Shown here one piece after another: positions 1 to 11,900 of a DNA stretch of 64,000 nucleotides. The stretch lies in contig JBHGNT010000010.1 of NCBI GenBank assembly GCA_043228905.1, positions 15,004,001 through 15,068,000 on the forward strand, read 5' to 3'. Positions within the stretch are counted from its first letter, which is position 1. Each line of letters begins with the position of its first letter. The position numbers and the translations under genes were made by a program. The notes under the pieces were generated by a model. It saw nothing but the letters and a program-made list of their open reading frames with translations. It was not told the DNA's origin and did not search any database. Origin of the DNA: Azolla caroliniana (taxonomy: Eukaryota; Plantae; Polypodiophyta).

Positions 1-376
1 GTCGAGGCTGCAGAAGACGGTTGCGTTGTCAACCACGGAGGCGGAGTACATGGCGGCTGTTGAAGCCGGCAAGGAAATAATATGGATGAAGGGCTTCATT
101 AGAGAGCTCGGTATCCAGCAGGAGGAGTACCGACTCTACTGCGACAGTCAGAGTGCCATCCACCTTGCGAAGAACGCGGCCTATCACTCCCGGACGAAGC
201 ACATACAGCGAAGATATCACTGGATCCGGGAAAGGATAGAAGACAAGGAGTTCGTGTTGACGAAGGTCCACACGGACGAGAACGGGTCGGATATGCTGAC
301 CAAGGTGCTCACACCCGACAAGCTGGAAGCATGCCGGAAGAGGATCGGATTGGAGAGACATCCCATGCCGAAGTGA
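1..376 (+). CDS. Ty1/copia polyprotein C-terminus (RNase H); 5' part outside the window
   Basis: ORF reads STTEAEYMAAVEAGKEIIW...LYCDSQSAIHLAKN...RTKHI...SDMLTK, which are copia RNase H motifs; followed by PPT GAAGGGGGAG and TGTT. Confidence 0.95.
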   Translation, partial: SRLQKTVALSTTEAEYMAAVEAGKEIIWMKGFIRELGIQQEEYRLYCDSQSAIHLAKNAAYHSRTKHIQRRYHWIRERIEDKEFVLTKVHTDENGSDMLTKVLTPDKLEACRKRIGLERHPMPK

Positions 377-386
377 AGGGGGAGTT

Positions 387-954
387 TGTTGGGATTACGG
401 TCCCTTCGGATGGGATGGTCGGATGTCGGAGATGAATGACGACAAGCCCGGTTGCGGTTTCGGAACCGGATGATGAAGATCCCGGTTACGGAGCCGGATG
501 ACGAATGTACCCGGAGAGAGATCCGGATGCGGGGACATATTTGTGAATATGTTTGCCAAGGGCCCTTGAGGCTATAGTTGTAAATAGCCCAAAAGTCATA
601 TGTGTATAAATATGACTTAGGGCAAACAGTTTTAATGTTGCTACTCTTTTTTTCTGTTTTTCCACTCAAGAGGAGTGAAGAGAGAGCAGCCGTGAGAGAG
701 ATAGAGCGTGAGAGAGGAAGAGGTCGACGCCTCTGTGTAATTCCGCCGCCTGTGGCGAGGACAGCGAGCTCAAGGTCGTCGCCTTGCAGCTCGCCATTGT
801 ATATTTCTCTGTGCATAGTTTTGGTTCGGAGTCTTGTACTCCCGTGGTTTTTCCCGTACAGGGTTTTCCACGTTAAATCGTGTGTCCACTCTATTTTTTC
901 GCATTTCCCATTTTCTGCAACAACGATTCGTGTGTTTCCTTGGTTGTGGCCGAG
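387..954 (+). repeat. Copia 3' LTR lacking its last ~15-20 bp
   Basis: Starts TGTTGGGATTACGG just after the PPT (375-385); inverted homologue of the LTR at 1475-2095. Confidence 0.9.
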
Positions 955-2095
955 AGGTGAAGTTTGGAAAGCGACGATTATTTCCATCATACACATCAGC
1001 ATGATGGCTTGCATTGCGTCATCCAACGGGAACTTGATCGCCGCAAGCTGGTTCACGAATCCCATGAACGTGCTGACGTGTTCGACCATGCTCTCGCCGT
1101 CCCGGTACTTAAGATTCACTATCTTCCTCATCAGGGAGGTCCGGGTCAGAGCATTCTTCCTCTCATACAGTCCGGACAGCTTCTGCCACATCTCATAGGC
1201 GTTCGTATAGTTCGCCACATGTTGCAGAACACTTACATCGACATATTGCCGGATCGTCGCTACGGCTTTCCGGTTCAGGAGCTTCCACTCCGACTCTATT
1301 ACACCCTTGGGTATCTCGGCATTGTCGATCGGTTCGTATAGGTCTTGGACGATGAGAAGGTCTTCCATCTTTATCTTCCAGTCGGCGTAGTTCTGTGAGT
1401 TCAACACCATCATGCCCGGAGGCCCACTACCGCCGCCTTCCATTTTCTGTGTTAACCTCGCTCTGATACCAGTTTGCTGAACACAGTGCTCGGCCACAAC
1501 CGAGGAATAGGATCAACTCACAGAAAACAGGAAATACAAAATGCACGAAGACAATAGAGAGAAGAGTACACAGGATGTTTTACGTGGAAAACCCTAAATG
1601 GGAAAAACCACGGGAGTCCTCAGACTCCAACTATCACTATAAACAGAGATGTACAATGGTGAAGCTACAAGGCAACAACCTTGAGCTCACTATCTTCGCC
1701 ACAGGCGGCGGTAATACACAGAGGCAACGACCTCTTCGTCTCTCTCTCACTCTCTCTCTCTCTCTCTCGGCTGCTCTCTTCACTCTTGCACACATAAGAG
1801 TGACAATACACAATAGGCAACAACATACAGCCAGCAACACTAAACAGTTTTCCCTAAGTCATATTTATACACATATGACTTTCGGATTATTTACAAATAT
1901 AGCCTCAAAGGGCTCTTGGAAAACATATTCACAAATATGTCCCCGCATCCGGATCTCTCTCCGGGTACATTCGTCATCCGGCTCCGTAGCCGGGGTCTTC
2001 ATCATCCGGCTCCAAGTACCGGGTACTCATTCGGGTCTTCATTCCCGATTCCCGGACATCCGACCATCCCATCCGGAGGGACCGTAATCCCAACA
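955..2095 (-). mobile_element. Copia element E: 5' LTR (2095-1475), PBS and truncated gag; inserted into the 5' LTR of gypsy A
   Basis: LTR TGTTGGG...CAGCA; PBS TGGTATCAGAGC at 1471-1460; gag from 1443 (VLNSQNYADWKIKMEDLL...WKLLNRKAVATIRQYV); right flank GATAC continues as the gypsy A LTR. Confidence 0.9.
1460..1471 (-). promoter_or_regulatory. Primer binding site, tRNA-iMet
   Basis: TGGTATCAGAGC 3 nt after the LTR end; also at 24262-24251 and 42585-42574. Confidence 0.95.
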
Positions 2096-2625
2096 GATAC
2101 TTTCCACGCGAACCGGTGGATGTAACTACTAAGCGGCACGCATTTATGAGAGGGGATTGTGCGTATCCCGGTCAGAAGGGACAGGGAATAAAGGAAAGAG
2201 GACAAGAGAAAACGGGCGGGATCGCGCACGAGGAGGTGGGGGGGGGGAGCGTTGCTGTAGAAGGGAAGCGAGCTCTCTCTACTTGAATCGTCGCTCTCTG
2301 CAGGTGTCGGGATGTCGCTGCCTTTGTTTCGTGGACAGCCCGTATGCTTCCAACAGAGTCGCGCCCTTTTCCCCTTTTGTTTTCTTGGAGTCGTGTGACT
2401 GTCGTCGGTGTGCGTAAGTTGGGTCCCCGTGTCGGGTCCATCGCCGCCTTGTCGGTTGTAACTGTCAGAGCTTGTAATCTCTTGTCATTATAATTAAGTG
2501 TTACGTTCTATATCTCTTTTTCTCGCTTCTACGTGTCTGTGAATCTCTCTCTCTCTCGCTCCTCGGTCCAAGACCCCCGTGGTCCCGCCCCTTTCTACAC
2601 GTACGCACGTAACAACCGACATATT

Positions 2626-2643
2626 TGGTGAACCCGACGTGAA
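2626..2643 (+). promoter_or_regulatory. Primer binding site, tRNA-Trp
   Basis: TGGTGAACCCGACGTGAA is complementary to the plant tRNA-Trp 3' end; also at 13562-13545, 15247-15264 and 38587-38570. Confidence 0.85.
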
Positions 2644-2665
2644 CGGGCGGCAAAGGAGTTGAAAG

Positions 2666-4798
2666 ATGAGGGGATCGGAGCTAGCAGAGGCAATGGCGGT
2701 GGCCGTCAACCGGCTGGTGAGCGCTCGTGAGGGAACGAGTACCCTCGATAGAGCCATTGAATCGATCGTCGGCTCTATAGGCCGTTTCGGAGGGAAAGAC
2801 TCTACAAGTTATTTGGAGGCTTACCGGACCAAAATGATCATGAGGGATATCCCGGTGGACAGGCGGTTGTCCAGGTTCCCTCGGGTGGTGACGCCGGGCA
2901 TCCATGCGGAGGTGCTCGAGGTGCTTGCCGGATGCCAGACTTGGGAGGAGTTCGAGCTGCAGCTCCTCTAGAAGTACGGGTTTGACGACTCGCTCTGGTT
3001 GTCGGGGCGGGACTTCATGGCGTGGGTGGAAAGCCCTAGAAAATGGAGGAACACGTCGGTGCTCCTCCAGGAGTACGAAAAACGGTTCGCGCGGCTATCA
3101 ACGCTGGACCGAACGGTGCTCGAAACAAGTTGAGTACTGTTGTTTGTCAAGTCGGTGGATGCGCTCGACAGGAGAAAGGTGGGGCCCCTATTGGAAATGG
3201 ACGAAGGGCTCACGACGGACTGGGCCGTGGTAAAACGGGTCTGCAACCGTTTCGACAAATGGCGCGATTGGAGCGACGGAAGCACGTCGGGGTCGGGGCC
3301 GGTCCCGGGGAGGAGGCTCAAGGAGCCGGTTTCGGTGCCGGCTGGGAGGAAGGAAGAGACCCGAATCTGGCCGGAGTCGGGGTCGGCATCGAACGACGTG
3401 GTCAGAGGCCCATCCGGAGGAGCGGCTCTGGAGGACCTGACACAGATGGTGCGCGACCTGCAGATCGCACAGGCCCGGAGAGACAGCGGTGAACAACCTC
3501 GCGACCGGAGCCCGCTGGCTGGGCACTGGTGCATGTGGTGTGACACGATCGGTCACATTCGGAAGGATTGCGCGGATTTCGCCGACGCGCTCAGGATCAA
3601 CGTGGTGTACCTCTGGAACGGGCGGGTGCACGCGAGCGAGACCCGGAGAGCCCTAGAACTGAATACGGGGCGCGACGGAATGAAGAGGTTGATGGAAGAG
3701 GCCGCGGCACGGCATGTCGAAGCCGTCAACTACTCGGTGTCAGCGGGAATTCGGGTCAGGGTTGATGAGACCCGGAAGGCGAAGGACTCCGGATTTTGGC
3801 CGCTAGTGCTAGAAGGCCTCTTCGGAGTTTGGCTGAGGAAGGAAGAGGCGGACCGAGCGGAACAGAGGGTCTAGGAGGTCACCGGTTGGGATGATCCGGT
3901 CGAAGAGAAAACGGGCTTCGTAGAAGCCACTTGCCAGAACTACGAGGTTCTAGTGGAGGACAAATGGATAGGAAAGGCCGGAGGGGTCTGACCCTCAAGG
4001 TATGAGACCCGATTCGGACCAAAACCGACCGGTGCCGGCAACCCAGGCTCGCCGGATGGAAAGAAGCAGGCAGGGTTTCGGTTGAGCACCGAGATCGAAA
4101 GGACCACATACCTGCGAAAGGTCCTGGAGGAATGTATCCTCGACAGCAAAGTGGAGCTGTCATTGCGGGAGGTGCTGGGAATCGCCAAGAGGGAGTTCCA
4201 CGACTCTATCATAGACTTGGTGAAGCGCAAGAGGTTCTCGACGGAGCTGGAACCGGAGAAGCCGGTGGAGGTACGGACCACGCACCTGGAAGACGAAGCC
4301 CTGGAAGACGAGGTGGCGGGAAGCCACTACACGAAGCCGCATTGGGCCAGGGCGACTACGGAAACCCCTGTACGGATCGACAACGTTCTGGAACCGGTGG
4401 TGGCGCTGGTAGACTATGGATCCGAAATCAACCTGATGTCCATGGATTTCTACAAGAAGGGTAAATGGCCAATCAACACCAAGCATGGCTGGAAGATACG
4501 GGCAGCGACGCGCGCCACGGAAGAACTACATGGGGCTTGTCCGAACGTACAGGTGAAAATCGGCGATGTCGAGATAGACCAGCACTTCTTTGTGCAAGAG
4601 ACGTCCTCGCATCCGGTTATACTAAGAGAGCCATATATCACGGCAGCACGGATGGAGACCAAGGTGTTGGACAACAGTTCAGCCTATGCTAGAGTCAAGA
4701 GCCAGGACGGGCGTCACTCAGTCCAGTTCCTAACGGTGCGACCAAACCACGAGCGTAACCGCGAGGCCCTCGGCAGCGAAACCCAAGGGGATTTTTAG
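2666..4798 (+). pseudogene. Gypsy A Gag + aspartic protease (ORF1) with in-frame stops
   Basis: ORFs 2666, 3140 and 4082 share one frame; zinc knuckle CMWCDTIGHIRKDC; protease ALVDYGSEIN; ends GGGGATTTTTAG. Confidence 0.9.
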
Positions 4799-7700
4799 AG
4801 AGGGCTATCAAGGCGTGGGGCCACGATAGTCCGAACACCCAGGAACAACCCCACAAATGTACAGAACGAAAGAAGACTTGTACCATGGGTAGGAAGTTTT
4901 GGTTCTCCGACAACGGAGGTTGTACTATAACCGGCGTTAGCGGCCGGGAGAGGAAGCGAGCGGAGGAGCGGCTCAAGGGATGCAGAGTCCTCTTCCCCGA
5001 CGAAGACATCAGCGGCGCCGTGGAGGCGGTCTCTTTTGACGACACCTTGGGCGAACTACGAAAGGTGATCGATGAAGACCTTAGAGAAGACCGGACCATT
5101 CCGGTAGGATCGATGGGAATGTACGAAGTCATCGCGAACCTCGGGGAAAGGATCGGGTCGGATCGGACGGCCCGCGTTGATACAAAGTACAAGACGGTGG
5201 ACCGGAAGGTGAGGCTAGTCGCGGCACCCTTGCCGGAGGGCAGCGAGGGGTGGATAAAAGGGGTTGCGTTGGACCCAAGTTTACGGAATCCGGCCGGCAT
5301 AGGGCACCGGTTCACCGACATAACGCTACGGGAGCTCAAGGTTGGTGGGGGCGGCTTCCTACTGCCAGCGGAGGAGGACCGGTTTCGGAGAATGCTCGGG
5401 AGGCACGGGAAGGCTTTCGCATTCTCACCGGAGGAGATAAGGTGCGTAGACCCGACAGTTGTCGAACCGATCGTGATCTTCACGGTACCGCATGTACCGT
5501 GGAATCTCAAGCCGATTTCGGTGCCAAGAGTTCACATCCCGAAGTTGATGGAGCTCCTAAAGCAAAAGGTGGAGATGGGCATCCTCGAACCGTCGAGTGC
5601 CCCGTATTCGAATCAGTGGTTTACGGTGCCGAAGAAAAACGGCACGCTGCGCTTCATCCAGGACCTACAACCGGTCAACAAGGTGACCATCCGTAATGTA
5701 GGGATCGGACCGACCATAGACGAGTTCTTGGAGGCCTTCGCTGGAAGGTCGATCTATTCTATCGGTGATCTGTACTCGAGGTACGATCAATTCCAACTGG
5801 CCGTGGAGAGCAGAGACATTACAACGATGCGGACTCCTCTCGGCCTAGTGCAGATGTGTACCCTGCCACAAGGAGGGACGAACTCAGTGGCTCACATGGT
5901 GAACGCGATGAACAAAGTGCTCAGGGATTGTATACTGGACATCACCATGCCATTCTTAGATGACATCCCGATCAAGGGATGCCCGGTGGAGAAAAGGGAC
6001 GAGGCAATCGGGCCGGACGGATGTCGGAATTTCGTAGTGTCCCACATCGATGACTGCGAGAAGGTGCTACAGAGACTAGAGCGCGCGAGGCTCACCTTCT
6101 CCGGGGAAAAGTCGGCCTTCGGACAGTTGGAGATCTTGGTGGTCGGACACCTGTGCGGGCCTTACGGTAGGAAACCATCTCCGACAAAGGTAGAGGCCAT
6201 CTCCGCGATGAGGAACGATTGCGGGTCGGTCACGGAGGTCCGCAGATTCTTGGGGGCATGCGCATTCTACCACATCTGGATCCCGCACTATGCACATGTC
6301 GTGGAACCCCTCTATGGGCTATTGAAAAAAGGGCGTAGCTTTTAGTGGAGGACGGAGCACACGGAGTCGGTTCCGAGACTAAAGGAGACGCTTACGGTAG
6401 CACCGGCTCTCCGTAAAGCAGTTTACGGCAAGGATGTTCCCATCTGCGTAACGATGGACACCAGCCCGACCGGGATCGGGTGGGTAATCAGTCAGGAGGA
6501 CAAGGGCGGCGTACGATTCCCGATCCGGTTCGGGGCGAAGGTATTAAGCGAGCGATAGCGAGGGTACGCCCAAGTTAAGCGCGAACTTTGGGGTGTCGTT
6601 TCGGCAGTCAAGGCCAACAAGGATTATCTGATCGGGACGGAGCTGACCATTAAGACGGACTGCCTGCCCATACTTGGCATGGTTTCCGGATGCGCGACGC
6701 CGGACCTAGCAATGCTCCGGTGGATAGCGTACATTAAGTCCCTGAACCCGGAGATACGGCACATCTCCGGAAAGGACAACGCCATGGACGACATGCTTTC
6801 GAGGGCAAGGTTCAACGACGAAGACGGCATGGTTTCGGATGACGAAGAAGTCGGCGAGGACTTCTTTGGTTCGGCTAATGTAACGACGAGGAAAGGGAAC
6901 ACTCCGGCGCTTAACGAATTTGACGAAAGCAGGTATGACGGGCAGTGGCTCCAAATCGGGAGGTTCCTACGGACGATGACGTCGGACGCAGCATGGGCGA
7001 GAGAGGAGGCGAGCCGGATACGGAGGAAGGCATACCGATTCTTCCTGCGGGACGGGTGCATATGGAGGCAGCCAAAGAAGAGAAGCGGCATTCCACTCTG
7101 AGTAGTAGCAAAGAAAGAAGAACAGGGGAAACTATTGGCGGCATTTCACGAGAGCCCCTGGGCCAGACACCGCGGAATGTGGGCCACTTTCGAGAAGCTG
7201 AAGGAGAAGTACTGGTGGCCGGGGCTGTACTAGGACGTGCATCGGTACGTAACGACTTGCGAAAGCTGTCAGATGCACTCCGTATTCCGACACCGGGACG
7301 AGCTACACCCGACCTATGCGCCTACGGTCCATTTCAAGTGGATGGTCGACTTGGTGACGATGCCGATGGGGGTAGGACAGATGCGATACCTGGTGCTTGC
7401 ACGGGAGGACTTAACGAACCAGGTGGAAGGCCGTGCACTGCAAAGCAAGACAACTGCGGCGGTATGCCGGTTCTTGATCGAAGAAGTAGTGTGTCGGTAC
7501 GGGTGCGTCGGGAGGATCGTGGCAGACTGGGGAGAGTTGGATGCGCGGGAGGCCGAGGAGTTGTTCGACCGGCTAGGCGTCAAACTCTCCCTCACCACGG
7601 CGTACAATCCGGAGGCGAACGGAAAGGTAGAACGTGGGCATGGACCTATCATAAAAGCATTGGTGCGTGCATGCGGAGGGCAGGTCGGGAATTGGCCGCG

Positions 7701-8284
7701 ACTCCTTCCTTTACGCACTATGGGCGGACCGAACTACGCACAGTTCGGTGACAGGGTTTATGCCGGTGGAGCTCATGTACGGACAAAAGCCGATCATGCC
7801 AGTGGAGTGGACGGTTTCTTCGTGTGCGGTGGTAGATTGGAAGGACGAAATGAGCCAGGAGGAGTTGCTAGCGGCGCGGATTCGGCAACTCGAGCGGAGG
7901 CCGGAGGACGTGATATGGGCGAAGGAAAGGCTGCGAGCGGCAAGGGAGCGGAACAAGATTCGGTTCAACCGGACGCACCGATTGCGACCAAAGAAGATCG
8001 AGGAAGGCGACTGGGTCTTGGTATACGACAGCAGCCTCGACAATCAGCACAAGGCGGTGCGAAAGTTTGCTAGGAGATGGTTCGGGCCCTATATGGTGAC
8101 GAGCGTGAACGGCAACGGCACGTACCACCTCGCGGAACTCAACGGGACACGGTTAGCGGTGCTGGTGGCTGAAAAGCGGATCAAAGCTTTCAAAAAGCGG
8201 TTCGAAGACGAGCCGGAACCTGCGAGCGGGAGCGACAACGACGATCAGTTCGGGTCCGGCGGAGAATCGGAGAGCAACGAATGA
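4789..8284 (+). pseudogene. Gypsy A RT-RNaseH-integrase (ORF2, -1 frame) with stops and a frameshift
   Basis: RT LPQG...PFLDD; RH TDCLP and DDMLSR; INT YWWP, CESC, NGKVERGH, WFGPY. Confidence 0.92.
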
Positions 8285-8972
8285 GGCCGGTTTTCTTCGG
8301 TATCTACCCGTCTCTGGCGCATGCTGGTGGATGCGCGGTTTGGTGGGGGTGGATGTCATGAAGAAAACCGGCCATAGGCGGAATTGGAGAGAAAACGTGT
8401 AAACCGGCCCTTACACGGATGAACGCGTGACTGGATACTTTCCACGCGAACCGGTGGATGTAACTACTAAGCGACACGCATTTATGAGAGGGGATTGTGC
8501 GTATCCCGGTCAGAAGGGACAGGGAATAAAGGGAAGAGGACACGAGAAAACGGGGGGGATCGCGCGCGAGGAGGTGGGGGGGGGAGCGCTGTTGTAGAAG
8601 GGAAGCGAGCTCTCTCTACTCGAATCGTCGCTCTCTGCGGGTGTCGGGAGGTCGCTGCCTTTGCTTCGTGGACAGCCCGTGTGCTTCCAACAGAATCACT
8701 CCCTTTTCCCCTTTTGTTTTCTTGGAGTCGTGTGACTGTCGTCTGTGTGCGTGAGTTGGGTCCTCATGTCAGGTCCGTCGCCGCCTTGTCGGTTGTAACT
8801 CTCGGAGCTTGTAATCTCTTGTCATTATAATTAAGTGTTACGTTCTAGATCTCTTTTTCTCGCTTCTACGTGTCTGTGAATCTCTCTCTCCGTCTCTCTC
8901 TCTCTCGCTCCTCAGCCCAAGACCCCCCGTGGTCCCGCCCCTTTCTACACGTACGCGTGTAACAATGCGACA

Positions 8973-11900
8973 ACGCTATGGTGAGAGAGAGTTTGACCCC
9001 TAGCCAGTCAAACAACTCTTTGGCCTCTTGTGCGTCCAACTCTCCGCGGTCAGCCACGATCTTCCCTACGCTCCCGTACCGACATATCACGTCCTCGATC
9101 AGGAACCGGCACACAGCCGCGGTCGTTTTGTTCTACAGTGCTCGGCCTTCAACCTGGTTCGTCAGATCCTCCCGAGCCAGCACCAGATACCGCATCTGTC
9201 CTACCCCCATCGGCATTGTCACCAAATCCACCATCCATTTGAAGTGGACAATCGGAGGGTAAGTCGGGTGGAGCTCGTCCCGGTGTCGGACTATGGAGTG
9301 CATCTAACAGCTTTCGCAAGTCGTCACGAACCGATGCACGTCCCGGTACAGTCCCGACCACTTGTACTTTCCTTTTAGCTTCTCAAACGTGGCCCACGTT
9401 CCACGGTGTCCGTCCCAGGGACTATCGTGGTAGGCCTCCAACAATTCCTCCTGTTCCTTCTTCTTCGCCACCACTCGAAGCGGGATGCCATCCCTCTTCT
9501 TCAAGTGCTTCCATATGTACCCGTCCCAAAGGAAGAATCAATACGCTTTCTTCCGGATCCGGTTGGTCTCTTCCTTTGTCCACGCCGCGGCCGGTGTCAT
9601 TGTTTTCAGGAGCCCGCCGATCTGGAGCCACTCCCCGTCATACTTGCTCTCGTCGAATTCGTTAAGTGCTAGAGTGCTCCCCTTTCTGGTTGTCACGTAT
9701 GTCGCCTCGAAGAAGTCTACGCCGACTTCCTCATCCTCCGAAACCATGCCGTCCTCGTTTTCGAACCTTGCTCTTGAGACCATGTCGGCCATGGCGTTGT
9801 CTTTTCCGGAAATGTGTCGAATTTCCGGATTCAGGGACTTGATGTACGCTATCCACCTAAGCATTGTCAGGTCCAGTGTCGTGCATCCGGAAACCATGCC
9901 GAGAATCGGCAGGCAGTCCGTCTCGATTATTACCTCTGTCCCGATCAAATAGTCTTTATCGGCCTTCACCGCCAAAACGATACCCCAGAGTTCGTGTTTA
10001 ACCTGGGCGTATCCTCATTCTCTCTCACTGAGGACCTTCGCGCCGAACCGGATGGGGAACCTCGTGCCAATGTCATCCTCTTGGTTGATAACCCACCCGA
10101 TCCTAGTCGCACTCGTGTCTACGGTTACGTAAATCGGAGTGTCTTTGCTGTAGACAGCCTTTCGGAGCGCCGGTGCCGTGGCAAGTGCTTCCTTCATCTT
10201 TCGGACTGACTCCGTATGGTAGAACGCGCATGCTCCCAAGAATCTCTAAACCTCCGTAACCGAATTGCAGTCATGCTTCATCGCGGAGATGGCTTCCACC
10301 TTGGCTGGAGACGGTTTCCTACCGTAAGGCCCGCACAGGTGTCCGACCACCAAGATCTCTGACTGCCCGAACGCCAATTTTTCTCCGGAAAAGTTGAGTC
10401 GTGCTCTCTCGAGCCTCTACAGCACCTTCTCACAATCGTTGATGTGGTTCACAATGAACCTCCGGCATCCGTCCGGCCCGACAGTCTCGTCCGCATCTTC
10501 CACCGGACACCCCTTTATCGGGATGTCGTCCAAGAACGGCATGCTGATGTCCGGGATGCAGTCCCTCAACACCTTGTTCATTGCGTTCACCATATGCGCC
10601 ACCGAATTCGTCTCGCCTTGTGGTAGGGTACACATCCGTACTAGACTGAGAGGAGTTTGCATCGTCGTGATATCCCTGCTCTCCACGGCTAGCTGGAACT
10701 GGTCGTACCCCGAGTACAGATCACCGACAGAGTAAATCGACCTTCTGGCGAAGGCCTCCGCGAACTCGTCTATGGTCAGTCTGATTCCTGCATTTCGAAT
10801 GGTCACCTTGTTGACCGGTTGCAGGTCTTGAATGAAACGTAACGTGTTGTTCTTCTTTGGCACGGTAAACCACCGATTTGAGTATGGGGCACTCGATGGT
10901 TCGAGGATGCCCATCTCGACCTTCTGTTTCAATAGCTCCATCAGCTTCGGGATGTGAGCTCGGGGTACCGGAATTGGTTTGAGGTTCCACGGAACATGCG
11001 GTACCGTGAAGATCACCATCGATTCCACAACTGTCGGGTCTACGCACCCGATCTCCTCCGGTGAGAATGCGAAAGCCTTCCCATGCGTCCCGAGCATTCT
11101 CCGAAACCTGTCCTCTTCCGCCGGCAGTAGAAAGCCACCCCCACCGATCTTGAGCTCTCGTAGCGTTATATCGGTGAACGTGTGTCCTATGCTGGCCAAA
11201 TCTCGCAAACTCGGGTCCGACGCGACCCCTTTTATCCGCTCCTTGCTACCCTCCGACAAGGGTGTCGCGACTGGCCTCACCTTCCAGTCCACAGTCTTGT
11301 ACCTTGTATCCACGCGGGCCGTCCGATCCGACTCGAGTCGTTACAGAAGTCAGCGATGACTTCATACATCCCTTCCGAACATACCGGAATCGTCCGGTCC
11401 TCTTTAAGGCCTCCTCTGACCACTTCTCGTAATTGTCCCAAGGTGTCGTCAAAAGAGACCGCCTCCACGGCTTTGGTGATTTCCTCTCCAGGGCCGAGGA
11501 CTCCGCATGCCCGAAGTCGCTCCTCCGCCCTCTTCTTCTCCCGGCCAACGACGCCGACAATCGTACAACCCCCGTTGTCGGAGAACCAAAATTTCCTACC
11601 TATGGTACAGGTCTTCTTCCCTACTATACATTTGTGGGGTTTTTCCGGGGTGTCCGGAGTATCGCAGCCCCACGCCTTGATAGCCCTATCTAAAAATCCC
11701 CTCGGGTTTCGCCTCCGAGGGTCTCGCGGTTACGCTCATGGTTTGGTCGCACTGTCAGGAACTGTACCGAGTGACGCCCGTCCTGACTCTTGACTCTTGC
11801 ATAGGCCGAACCGTTGTCTAGCACCTTGGTCTCCATCCGTGCCGCCATAATGTATGGTTCTCCTAGTATAACCGGATGTGAGGACGTCTCCTACACGAAG

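Larger units (their letters stand above)
2096..8972 (+). mobile_element. Ty3/gypsy element A (tRNA-Trp-primed non-chromovirus, possibly Phygy/Selgy-like), decayed; inserted into the integrase of gypsy B
   Basis: 5' LTR remnant 2096-2621 matches 3' LTR 8354-8972 (TGTCATGAAG...GCGACA); PBS 2626-2643; domain order gag-PR-RT-RH-INT; PPT GGTGGGGGTGGA. Confidence 0.95.

Noticed and set aside
217-1497. 426-aa ORF as a novel protein
   Set aside because: It is a chimera of copia gag read into the antisense strand of the neighbouring LTR
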